Shown here in pieces: positions 1-8,496 of a stretch of DNA of 64,000 nucleotides. Numbering within the stretch: position 1 is the first letter of the stretch; the number at the start of each line of letters is the position of its first letter. This DNA is from Spirochaetia bacterium (lineage in GTDB: Bacteria > Spirochaetota > Spirochaetia > DSM-2461), in assembly GCA_963668315.1 (NCBI GenBank), contig OY764216.1:1504001-1568000 (forward strand). The letters are read 5' to 3'. The translations under genes were made by a program, and so were the position numbers. Under the pieces are notes generated by a model, which saw nothing but the letters and a program-made list of their open reading frames with translations, did not search any database and was not told the origin of the DNA.

Positions 1-1710
1 GGTCAGGGTCAGGATAATTCTGCGGCGCCCGTCCCGGTAGTAGACTTCGCCCTTGAGGCTCACTTCCCCCCCCTCTTCACAGGGCTCGAGGCCGTGGACG
101 ATGGCGTTCTCCACCAGGGGCTGCAGCAGGAGACGGGGAAGATGGACATTCCTCAGCTCCCCGGGAATGGAAAAGTCGTACCGGAGCCGGTTTCCGAAAC
201 GGATTTTCTGCAGTTCGCAGTAGGTAATAAGAAAATCCGTTTCCTCCCCCAGGGTGGACCATTTTTCCTGATGGGTCACATAGCGGAGCATCTCCCGCAG
301 GGAGAGAATCGCCTTCTCCAGCTGTTTCTGATCCCCCATGCGGTTCAGGCCGACGAAGCCGTTAAGAACGTTATAGATAAAATGGGGCTGAACCTGGGAC
401 TGGAGCGCATTATATTCGGCATCCCTCTTTTCCAGGACTTCCCGGTATTTCGTATGGTTATCCAGCGCCAGGGAGACATAATCGGCAAAATTATTCATAC
501 GGATGACGGACAGGTCGGAGAACTGTTTATCCCGGTCATCGATGACGGACATGAGAAGCCCGATAAGGGAACCATCAATGAGAAGGGGCAGAATGATTCT
601 TTTCAGCGGCAGGGAGGAGGGCAGGGGATTTCCCCTGCGCAGCAGGGCGTACTCTTCTTCGGACAGGGGGAGAATCTCCTCCGTCGGATGGTCTCCCCCT
701 TTGTGTACCTTGAGCACCATCTGGTGATTAATGGGCTCGTAAAGATAAACAGCCGCCCTGTCCGCCATGGTGTCATTGATGATCGTATCCGCCACCAGTT
801 CCAGGACCTCCTCCCGGGAGGATCCTTCCACAAGGGACGTGCCCATATCACGGGTCAGATTCAGAATACCGTCGATATTGGCCTTCAAATCGGCGGAAAG
901 GCTGTTGACGCTGACCAGCAGCCCGGTAAGTTCATCCTTGTCGTTTTTTTCTGAGGTATAGGTGAAATCTCCCCGGGCAATCCGGGAGAAGGCCTGGTTC
1001 ACCCGGGATATTTTCCTGATAATCTCCATGGAGAGGAGCCGGGCGTAAACAATGGACAGGCTGCCGGCGAAGAGACTGAACACGATGAAAGTCAGAAAGA
1101 GATTCCGCTCCAGCCTGAGGCTTTTCTCCCTGAAGGAGGAGAAAAAGTGGTTCATGTAACTTTCAAAGGTATTGGTAAAGTAATAGGAGGTATCCCGGAA
1201 TTCCTGGAAGAAGGGGTTCAGATCGGCATCAACCTGCATGGCCCGGTAAAGATTCTCTCCCTCCAGATCCATACCCTGAATGACCAGGAGAATGGAGGAC
1301 ATGGTATCGAGCCGTTTCAGGGCGCGCTCATTCAGAGTCAGGGCCGTATCGTAGCTGTCCTGAAGCTCATCCTCCTGAAAGATATCCATCTCCCTGTCGT
1401 CGAGGAAATCATCAAAGGTTTTCTGGTACTCCCTGACGGCCTTTTCCCAGGTCCTGAAGGTTACCAGAGAACGGGGAGAGTAGGTAAGGGAGCGTATCTG
1501 ACCGTATACCTGCGGGGCGAAAAGGTCGAAAACCAGATCCTTCATAAGCCCCATGACGCGCTGGGACTGGTTCAGGAGCTCCTGACCCAGAAATATGGTC
1601 TGATTCAGACGCTGAACCCTGTTGCCGTTCCAGAGGGACAGTCCCGTTATGGAAAGGAGGGAGAAAATCATGAGGCCGTTCAGAATGAGCAGTTTCCGCC
1701 GGATTTTCAT
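1..1710 (-). CDS. YesM/LytS-type sensor histidine kinase (TM-HAMP-His_kinase-HATPase), 3' end runs off the window
   Basis: Hand-translated, not in ORF track: start MKIRRKLLILNGLMIFSLL at 1710; motifs LQSQVQPHFIYNVLN and LLLQPLVENAIVHG in the same frame. Confidence 0.9.
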   Translation of the reverse strand, partial: MKIRRKLLILNGLMIFSLLSITGLSLWNGNRVQRLNQTIFLGQELLNQSQRVMGLMKDLVFDLFAPQVYGQIRSLTYSPRSLVTFRTWEKAVREYQKTFDDFLDDREMDIFQEDELQDSYDTALTLNERALKRLDTMSSILLVIQGMDLEGENLYRAMQVDADLNPFFQEFRDTSYYFTNTFESYMNHFFSSFREKSLRLERNLFLTFIVFSLFAGSLSIVYARLLSMEIIRKISRVNQAFSRIARGDFTYTSEKNDKDELTGLLVSVNSLSADLKANIDGILNLTRDMGTSLVEGSSREEVLELVADTIINDTMADRAAVYLYEPINHQMVLKVHKGGDHPTEEILPLSEEEYALLRRGNPLPSSLPLKRIILPLLIDGSLIGLLMSVIDDRDKQFSDLSVIRMNNFADYVSLALDNHTKYREVLEKRDAEYNALQSQVQPHFIYNVLNGFVGLNRMGDQKQLEKAILSLREMLRYVTHQEKWSTLGEETDFLITYCELQKIRFGNRLRYDFSIPGELRNVHLPRLLLQPLVENAIVHGLEPCEEGGEVSLKGEVYYRDGRRRIILTLT

Positions 1711-1837
1711 AGTCCACCCTATCATAACATATATTCAGCCATTGACCAGCTCTTTTTAAGCCGTCCCGCCGGGCAATATCCGTGAGGGAGAAGGAGGGTA
1801 TCGTTTTTTTATTTGGATGGGAAGGTTGAAAATTCAG

Positions 1838-1886
1838 TAAAAAAACGGCGGTCCCGGTCGGTCCATCACCGGCCGCGGCCGCCGCA
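1838..1886 (-). terminator. Rho-independent terminator after the ArsB/NhaD permease
   Basis: Minus strand CGGCGG..CGGCCGGT-GATGG-ACCGACCG..CCGCCG followed by a T run, just after the stop at 1893. Confidence 0.8.
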
Positions 1887-1892
1887 AAGGGG

Positions 1893-3167
1893 TCAATAGT
1901 AACGTATCATTATATAGGCGAAGCTTATGCCCAGACTCAGAAGAGTGATGGGAACGCCGTATTTCAGATAGCTTCCGAAAGAGAGGGACACGTTGTTTTT
2001 CTTGGCAAAGCCGAACATGATGACGTTGGCGGAAGCTCCGACGAGAGTTCCGTTGCCGCCCAGACAGGCGCCCAGGGAGAGGCTCCACCAGAGGGGGCCC
2101 AGTTCCGCGGCTGCATGACCGGTTCCCACCAGCTTGACCACGGGAATGAAGGTGGCCACCAGGGGAATATTATCGAGGATACCGGAGAAAATACCCGAGA
2201 AGAAGAGAAGAAGGCTGCTTGTCGCCTGCATCTCCCCCTGCGTCAGGTGGATCATCCATTCGGCCAGACTGTCAATGATTCCGGCGTATTCCAGAACGCC
2301 AACCATGATGAAAAGGCCGATGAAGAAGAGAATCGTATCCCATTCCACTTTCTTGAGCAGCTCCTCTATGTCGTTTTCAGACCAGATGATGAGAGCGCAG
2401 GCCCCGATGAGGGCGATGATGCTCGGCTCCGTTTCCAGGGCGCCGTGGAGGATGAACCCCAGAAGAACGAATCCCAGAACGACTAGGGATTTTTTCATCA
2501 GCTTCGGATTATGGATCATCTTCTTCTCATCCATTCTGAGAATGCGGTCCTTATTTTCCTGGGTTATGGTCAGGTACTTCCTGAAAATCAGCAGTAGCAC
2601 GAGAACGGTCACGACCGAAATTATCAGGACGACCGGCGCCACATTGGTGATGAAGGCCATAAAAGAGAGCTGGGCGGCCGATCCGATCATGATATTGGGG
2701 GGATCTCCGATCAGCGTGGCCGTACCGCCTATGTTGGACGCCAGAATCTCCGTGATGATGAAGGGGAGGGCATTAATCTCCATCTGGGTCGTCAGCAGCA
2801 GGGTAACGGGGGAGATCAGGAGGACCGTGGTGACATTATCGAGGAGGGCGGAGAAAATCGCCGTAATGAAAAAGAGAACCACGAGAAAGCTGACCGGATT
2901 GGCCTTTACCGCCTTGGCCGCCTTGATGGCAACAAATTCGAATACGCCGCACTGTTCGGTGATTTTCACAATCAGCATCATGCCCATGAGAAGGAAAATA
3001 ACGTTGGTATCGATATGTTCCACCGCTTCATGGAAGGGGATGAAGTGGAAGACCAAGTAAATACAGGCTCCCAGAAGCACGGCAATGGCTTTGTTTATCT
3101 TTTCCGTTACGAATAGTGTGTAAATGAGAATGAAAATTCCCAAAGCTAAAATGGTATGTATGTTCAT
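1893..3167 (-). CDS. ArsB/NhaD (ion transporter superfamily, P-protein-like) permease
   Basis: About 12 hydrophobic segments; SALLDNVTTVL, ASNIGGTATLIGDPPNIMIG, DNIPLVA and LGGNGTLVGASAN motifs. Confidence 0.9.
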   Translation of the reverse strand: MNIHTILALGIFILIYTLFVTEKINKAIAVLLGACIYLVFHFIPFHEAVEHIDTNVIFLLMGMMLIVKITEQCGVFEFVAIKAAKAVKANPVSFLVVLFFITAIFSALLDNVTTVLLISPVTLLLTTQMEINALPFIITEILASNIGGTATLIGDPPNIMIGSAAQLSFMAFITNVAPVVLIISVVTVLVLLLIFRKYLTITQENKDRILRMDEKKMIHNPKLMKKSLVVLGFVLLGFILHGALETEPSIIALIGACALIIWSENDIEELLKKVEWDTILFFIGLFIMVGVLEYAGIIDSLAEWMIHLTQGEMQATSSLLLFFSGIFSGILDNIPLVATFIPVVKLVGTGHAAAELGPLWWSLSLGACLGGNGTLVGASANVIMFGFAKKNNVSLSFGSYLKYGVPITLLSLGISFAYIMIRYY

Positions 3168-4063
3168 TAAGGCCTCAGCATTTTATCTATAATCTGATTG
3201 GGATGTATAATTCCCTTAAGGTTATCCATGGGGTCCATAACAAGGAGATGGCGCCGGTTGCCCTTTATCATAAGAAAGAATATCTCGGGATAGCTGGCGT
3301 CGCTGCGGACAATATAGGGACGGTAATCCCGTTTGAACTCGCTGACCTTCAGCTCATTTTCCCGGCTCCAGAAAAACTTTACCGGCTTGAAATCCTGTAT
3401 GAGTGAGAGATCGCTCAGGCTGAAGACGTAATCGGGAAAGCCCGCCTTCAGGAGATCCACCAGATCGAGAACGCCGCAGAGCTTATTCGTACTGCGGGAC
3501 AGGATGGGAAGAAGGTAGACCGAGTGCTGTTTCATGAGGTCAAGAGCTCTTCCCACCGTATCGTCTTCATAAACGGTGGGCCACTTCTTCGCCAGGTCGG
3601 AAGCCTTGAGAGGCATTCCGGTGATATGGGTCGATTCGCTGATGACGCTCAGAATATCTTCCGGTTTCGAACTGCGGTTGAGGCGATCGGCCTCCTCTTT
3701 CATCAGTTTTCCGATATCCTGCAGAATGGCAAGATAGGCGTTTCCCTCGTTGCCGGAGGTCAGGATGGAAATAATGTAACGGATGCTGTTTCCATCGGGC
3801 AGGAGAAGGGGCTTTTTACAGCGGATAAACAGGATGTGGATCCCTTCTACCAGAGGACTGTGGTTATGGGGCATGACCGTATCGGCTCCGATCCAGGTGG
3901 ATCCGATTTTCTCACGCTGCTGTAAAAGGTCCAGCACTTTGTCCTTTCCCAGGGATGTGGATTCCCCGAATTGTTCCGCCAGGAAGAGAAGAGCCTCCTC
4001 CCAGTCTGAAAAATGTTTGTCCAGGAAAACTTTTTCCCGGGATAGGTACTTGCTAAACGGCAT
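3167..4063 (-). CDS. PTS EIIA (Ntr/Fru-type) domain fused to a CBS pair
   Basis: N-half REKIGSTWIGADTVMPH (phosphorylatable His); C-half CBS motifs TVYEDDTVGRALDLM, LCGVLDLVDLL, LKGIIH. Confidence 0.8.
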   Translation of the reverse strand: MPFSKYLSREKVFLDKHFSDWEEALLFLAEQFGESTSLGKDKVLDLLQQREKIGSTWIGADTVMPHNHSPLVEGIHILFIRCKKPLLLPDGNSIRYIISILTSGNEGNAYLAILQDIGKLMKEEADRLNRSSKPEDILSVISESTHITGMPLKASDLAKKWPTVYEDDTVGRALDLMKQHSVYLLPILSRSTNKLCGVLDLVDLLKAGFPDYVFSLSDLSLIQDFKPVKFFWSRENELKVSEFKRDYRPYIVRSDASYPEIFFLMIKGNRRHLLVMDPMDNLKGIIHPNQIIDKMLRP

Positions 4064-4511
4064 AAAGGCGCTCCCTGTTGCCTACGGGCAGTATTTTAAG
4101 AAGGCTGTCGACGGAAACTTCGCCGAGGAGGCAGCCTTTCTTGTCCAAAAGAGGCAGATAGTTCTGATCGCTTTCCACGAAAAGAGCCAGGGCTTCGGCC
4201 ATGCTCTGGCCGGGCGTCAGGTAGGGAAAACGGCTATCCATAAGGTCAATGACCCGGATCTTGTCCAGCCTGTCATCCAGTTCGGGATCGAAGGCGATAC
4301 TTTCGAGGGTACAGTAGAGAGGAGCCAGAAATTCAAGAATCTTCGTCTTCTTTATGACTCCCTGAAGCTGTTCCTGGCAGTCTACGATATAAAAATTGTT
4401 AATTTTCCAGTTAGCCATAAAGGGGTGGAGAATGTCTTTTAATGTGGCGTTTACGGGAAAGAATACCGGTCCCCGGCTGTCTGTTATTTCTGATACTGTG
4501 ATATTTTTCAT
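4053..4511 (-). CDS. CBS-domain protein
   Basis: Two CBS repeats (YIVDCQEQLQGVI; LPLLDKKGCLLGEVS); SD AAGGA upstream; overlaps the next gene. Confidence 0.85.
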   Translation of the reverse strand: MKNITVSEITDSRGPVFFPVNATLKDILHPFMANWKINNFYIVDCQEQLQGVIKKTKILEFLAPLYCTLESIAFDPELDDRLDKIRVIDLMDSRFPYLTPGQSMAEALALFVESDQNYLPLLDKKGCLLGEVSVDSLLKILPVGNRERLYAV

Positions 4512-4517
4512 TTTAAT

Positions 4518-4574
4518 TCCTTATCCTTCTGTAATTAAGAGTTTTTTCTTTGTGCGGTGAAAATCAGATAAGGA
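4518..4574 (-). promoter_or_regulatory. Anti-SD/SD hairpin between the uORF 3' end and the CBS gene RBS
   Basis: Minus-strand TCCTTATC (4574-4567, V-L-I codons) is the exact reverse complement of GATAAGGA (4525-4518, SD of the gene starting at 4511). Confidence 0.65.
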
Positions 4575-4923
4575 CGGGGGGAGCTCTCAGATGAAGAAAC
4601 TGCAGATGGGAGGAGGAGGCATGACCCAGAGACCGGAAAATCTTGAGCCTGTGCTTGACGCCATGGGTGTGGTGGATGGCCGCCAGGGCCAGGGCCAGGG
4701 CCAGGTTGTGGGGCGCCGATTCCCTGCTGCTTTCTTCGTTCTCTTCAGATCCGACGTTTTCTTCCCCTTCCAGCAGAACCAGGTCATCCAGGGGTAAATT
4801 TTCCCCGGCTCTGGAAAAATAGGCATATCCCGTATCGGATATCTCTTCCAGGTGAAGAGGAGCTGCCTCCCAGGCAAGGAGGAAGGCGGGAAGTAAAAGA
4901 AAGGTGAAAAGAATCTTTCTCAT
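4564..4923 (-). CDS. Putative secreted leader/arrest peptide with C-terminal RAPP motif (119 aa)
   Basis: MRKILFTFLLLPAFLLA signal peptide, acidic tract, His cluster, ends HLRAPPVLI*; start re-called from 5016 to 4923 because of the promoter position. Confidence 0.7.
   Translation of the reverse strand: MRKILFTFLLLPAFLLAWEAAPLHLEEISDTGYAYFSRAGENLPLDDLVLLEGEENVGSEENEESSRESAPHNLALALALAAIHHTHGVKHRLKIFRSLGHASSSHLQFLHLRAPPVLI
4682..4705. repeat. Hexamer tandem repeat (GCCAGG)x4 encoding (Leu-Ala)4
   Basis: Seen directly: gccagggccagggccagggccagg. Confidence 0.85.
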
Positions 4924-4929
4924 ACTGGC

Positions 4930-4958
4930 AGTGTAGGCAAATCGGGGGGAGAAGTCAA
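4930..4958 (-). promoter_or_regulatory. Sigma70-type promoter, leaderless
   Basis: TTGACT-N17-TACACT-N6-ATG(4923), no SD. Confidence 0.7.
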
Positions 4959-5002
4959 GAGAATCAACGGACAAAATAGGACAATAACGGACAAAGTTCG
5001 AA

Positions 5003-5521
5003 TCACTGGTATTCAAGGGGGCGGGGAAAAAAGGTGGTAAATGTGAGGAAAAGAGCCTCTACCCCCTTCTTCGGGGAGTTTTTCTCCATCTGGACCAGTT
5101 TCCCGTTGAAAAAGAAGCCGAAATCGGCCCGGCTGCGTCTCGGCAGTCCGCGGGACATCATACTATCCTCTTCGGAACGGTGATAATCGTAGATCCGGTA
5201 GTTCAATGCCGTCAGATCGTCAAAGGAAAAAAGCTGTTCCCGGTAGAGAAAAATCAGCCCCTTTCTAATGCGGCAAATCTCCTCTTTCCTGTCAAAGCTT
5301 ACCGAGTACCGGTACATGCACCCCAGAAAAAGAAGGAGGGGCATGAGAAAGGTATTGATCTTCCCCGCCAGGGACGCCTTCGAGAAATCCTCTCCGCTCA
5401 TGTTTGTGGCAAAGGTCAGAAGAACGGAGAGAAAGAGAAAAATCAGAATTCCCCGCAGGAAGGGATTCATGGAGAAGCTGAGAGTGTCTTTCCTGATTAT
5501 GCGGGCCGAATAGAACGTCAT
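5003..5521 (-). CDS. Hypothetical membrane protein (2 TM), last gene of the opp operon
   Basis: Two hydrophobic helices then a soluble domain; starts 3 nt after the oppF stop. Confidence 0.7.
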   Translation of the reverse strand: MTFYSARIIRKDTLSFSMNPFLRGILIFLFLSVLLTFATNMSGEDFSKASLAGKINTFLMPLLLFLGCMYRYSVSFDRKEEICRIRKGLIFLYREQLFSFDDLTALNYRIYDYHRSEEDSMMSRGLPRRSRADFGFFFNGKLVQMEKNSPKKGVEALFLTFTTFFPRPLEYQ

Positions 5522-5524
5522 GGC

Positions 5525-6601
5525 CTACTCGTAAAGCCAGCAGGCGACTTTGTGATTCGGACCGATCTCCTTCAGGGGGGGCATCTCCTTTTTACACTTC
5601 TCCATGCATTGGGCACAGCGCGGGTGGAAGTGGCAGCCCGACGGGGGATTGATGGGGGAGGGGACATCCCCTTCCAGCAGAATCCGTTTCCTCTTCGTTT
5701 CCGGATCGGGCACGGGCACGGCGGATATAAGCGCTTTCGTATAGGGGTGGTACCGGTTCTCGTAGAGAGATTTCCGGTCGGCGATCTCCACGATTCTTCC
5801 CAGATACATGACCGCCACGCTGTCGGAAAAGTACTCCACCACGCTCAGATCGTGGGCGATGAAAAGGTAGGTCAGATCCAGTTTTGATTTCAGATCGTTT
5901 AACAGTTCCAGAATCTGCACCTGTATGGAAACGTCCAAGGCGGACACGGGCTCATCAAGCACGAGCAGTTTGGGTTCCAGGGCCAGGGCGCGGGCGATCC
6001 CGATCCTCTGCCTCTGGCCGCCGGAAAACTCGTGGGGATAGCGGTTGATGTAGGAGGGGTCGAGACCGGTGGCCTCCATCAGGTACTCCACCCGTTCCCT
6101 TCTGAGGCGGCTGTCCTTGAATACTCGATGGATATCGAGCCCTTCGGCGATTATGTCTCCCACGGGAATACGGGGATTAAGAGAGCCGAAGGGATCCTGG
6201 AACATCATCTGGAAATCGCTTCTGGCCGCCCTCAGGTCCTTTTTATTGAAGGAGTAATGGTCATACTGATTTTTAAGGTGTTTCCACTCTTCCTCATTTT
6301 CCCGGTTGCCCTCTTTGATCTGGGCTTCCAGTTCTTTCATGCGGGCGATGATTTCCGGCTCCACATCAAAGAACATCTCCCCTTCCGTGGGCTGGTACAG
6401 GGCGATCAGAGTCCGCCCGGCCGTGGTTTTCCCGCAGCCCGATTCCCCCACCAGGCCGAAGGTTTTGCCCCGCTCTATGGTGAAGCTGATGCCGTCCACC
6501 GCCTTCACATGGCCCACCGTTTTTCGAAAGATGCCCGCTTTGACGGGAAAGTATTTTTTCAGATTGTATACTTCCAGCAGATTTTTATTCTTTTCCGCCA
6601 T
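5525..6601 (-). CDS. oppF: Oligopeptide/dipeptide ABC transporter ATP-binding protein
   Basis: GESGCGKT, FSGGQRQR, LDEPVSALD, C-terminal GCHFHPRC; start re-called to MAEKNKN. Confidence 0.92.
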   Translation of the reverse strand: MAEKNKNLLEVYNLKKYFPVKAGIFRKTVGHVKAVDGISFTIERGKTFGLVGESGCGKTTAGRTLIALYQPTEGEMFFDVEPEIIARMKELEAQIKEGNRENEEEWKHLKNQYDHYSFNKKDLRAARSDFQMMFQDPFGSLNPRIPVGDIIAEGLDIHRVFKDSRLRRERVEYLMEATGLDPSYINRYPHEFSGGQRQRIGIARALALEPKLLVLDEPVSALDVSIQVQILELLNDLKSKLDLTYLFIAHDLSVVEYFSDSVAVMYLGRIVEIADRKSLYENRYHPYTKALISAVPVPDPETKRKRILLEGDVPSPINPPSGCHFHPRCAQCMEKCKKEMPPLKEIGPNHKVACWLYE

Positions 6602-6602
6602 A

Positions 6603-7589
6603 TTATTCCTTACTCCCACCGGTGTAGAGAAGACATCGGCAGAGATGGTTCTCTCCGACGGACGTCAATTCCGGTTTATTCGTTTTGCAGATGTCCATGG
6701 CCTCCCGGCAGCGGTTGGCAAAGGGGCACCCCTCTATCTCTTCCATGAGATTGGGAACCCGTCCGGGGATGGCTTCTATTTTTTTATCCGTATGGCCCAG
6801 AACGGGTATGGAGTTGAGAAGAGCCCTGGTATAGGGATGGCGCGGATTCCGGTAAATCTCCCTGACCGGGGCGTTTTCCACGATTTCTCCGGCGTACATG
6901 ACCACAACCCGGTCCACCGATTCGGCCACCACCGCCAGGTCGTGGGTAATCAGGATAATCGCCATGCCCAGCTTTTTCTGTAGTTCCTTCATCAGCTCCA
7001 GTATCTGAGCCTGGATGGTCACGTCCAGCGCCGTGGTAGGCTCGTCGGCGATGAGCAGGCTGGGATTGCAGCTCAGGGCAATGGCTATCATCACCCTCTG
7101 CCTCATGCCTCCCGACAGCTCGTGGGGGTAGGCGTTCATCCGCTTTTCCGGTGCGGGGATGCCCACCAGGGTCAGAAGTTCCAGAATGCGGTTCTCCTGT
7201 TCCTGACGGTTCATTTTAGTGTGGATTGCCAGGGCTTCGCGGATCTGGTCGCCGCAGGTCATGATAGGGTTCAGGGCCGTCATGGGCTCCTGGAAGATCA
7301 TGGCGATCTCCTTTCCCCGTATGGCGGAAATTTCCCTGTCGTTCATGGAAAGGAGGTTCTTTCCGCGGTAGAGAATCTCCCCGCCGTGAATCTTCCCGGG
7401 GGGCATTTCCACCAGTCCCATGATGGAGTAGGAACTGACCGATTTCCCGCAGCCCGATTCGCCCACTATGCCCAGGGTCTCCCCCTCATTCAGGCTGTAG
7501 GAGACGCCGTCCACCGCACGGACGATGCCCTCTTCCGTATGGAAATAGGTTTTAAGGTCTTTTACTTCCAGCAGTATATTGTTATCCAT
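6603..7589 (-). CDS. oppD: Oligopeptide/dipeptide ABC transporter ATP-binding protein
   Basis: [33 protein letters not shown]. Confidence 0.93.
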   Translation of the reverse strand: MDNNILLEVKDLKTYFHTEEGIVRAVDGVSYSLNEGETLGIVGESGCGKSVSSYSIMGLVEMPPGKIHGGEILYRGKNLLSMNDREISAIRGKEIAMIFQEPMTALNPIMTCGDQIREALAIHTKMNRQEQENRILELLTLVGIPAPEKRMNAYPHELSGGMRQRVMIAIALSCNPSLLIADEPTTALDVTIQAQILELMKELQKKLGMAIILITHDLAVVAESVDRVVVMYAGEIVENAPVREIYRNPRHPYTRALLNSIPVLGHTDKKIEAIPGRVPNLMEEIEGCPFANRCREAMDICKTNKPELTSVGENHLCRCLLYTGGSKE

Positions 7590-7597
7590 GCTCTCTC

Positions 7598-8488
7598 CTA
7601 AAGTACGTTTTTCAGCTTCGGGTCGAGAGCATCCCTGAGGGCGTCTCCGAAGATATTCAGGGCGACAAGGAAGAGGAACATGAAAAGTGTCGGGGCGATC
7701 ATATTCTGCCAGTTCCCCGCCATGATCTCCGTTTTGGAGAGGTCTATCATATTGCCCCAGGAGGGAACGCCGATGATGGAGAGCCCCACGTAGGCCAGGG
7801 TGACTTCCGACTTGATGACGCTGACAAAATTCAGGACGAACCGCACGATGACGAAGTGGGTGACGTTGGGGACGATATGGCGGAAGATGATCCGGGCGTC
7901 GCTGGCCCCCAGGTTTTTCGCTGCCAGAACGTATTCGTATTCCCGGGCCTGGATAAAGGCTCCGCGGATGACACGGCCCAGGCCCACCCAGCCGGTAACG
8001 CCGAAGGCGAAGGCGATGACCAGGAAGCTGGCCCCCATCACCTGAACCAGGCTCATGATAATGAGGAGTCCCGGAATAGAGTAGATCACCGTCATGACAT
8101 AGGTGATGATATCATCCACCCAGCCGCCGTAGTAGCCCGCCAGGGCTCCCAGGATAATGGCCAGGGGAATCATAATCAGTCCTGTGGAAAATCCGAGAAA
8201 CAGGGCGATGCGGGTCCCGATTATCGTCCTTGAGAGAACATCCCGTCCGAAACTGTCCGTTCCGAAGGGGTGGGTGAAGCTGACGAAGGGCTTGATGAAG
8301 CGGTTGTCCAGATTAAAGGTCACGGCCTTATCCTGCAATCCGCCTATGTTGGTAAAGCTGACCAGGGCGAGGAAGATGTAAATGATAACCACGGCGAAGC
8401 ATACCATGGCCCCTTTGTTGCGTTTCAGCCGCATCATGGAGAGCTGCAGGGGAGTCTTGCCCACGTATTTTTTTTTGATATCCGACAT
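7598..8488 (-). CDS. oppC: Peptide ABC transporter permease (OppC-like)
   Basis: HPFGTDSFGRD, EYVLAAKNLGASDARIIFRH, GDALRDALDP; start MSDIKKK with SD AGGAG. Confidence 0.92.
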   Translation of the reverse strand: MSDIKKKYVGKTPLQLSMMRLKRNKGAMVCFAVVIIYIFLALVSFTNIGGLQDKAVTFNLDNRFIKPFVSFTHPFGTDSFGRDVLSRTIIGTRIALFLGFSTGLIMIPLAIILGALAGYYGGWVDDIITYVMTVIYSIPGLLIIMSLVQVMGASFLVIAFAFGVTGWVGLGRVIRGAFIQAREYEYVLAAKNLGASDARIIFRHIVPNVTHFVIVRFVLNFVSVIKSEVTLAYVGLSIIGVPSWGNMIDLSKTEIMAGNWQNMIAPTLFMFLFLVALNIFGDALRDALDPKLKNVL

Positions 8489-8496
8489 AAAGACTC

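Noticed and set aside
94..1785. Plus-strand ORFs 94-954 and 1147-1785
   Set aside because: In-register antisense shadows of the minus-strand histidine kinase that the ORF track missed because it lacks a stop in the window
4924..5016. 31-codon N-terminal extension of the RAPP ORF
   Set aside because: Contains the -35/-10 promoter and overlaps the upstream gene; the signal peptide begins at Met 4923
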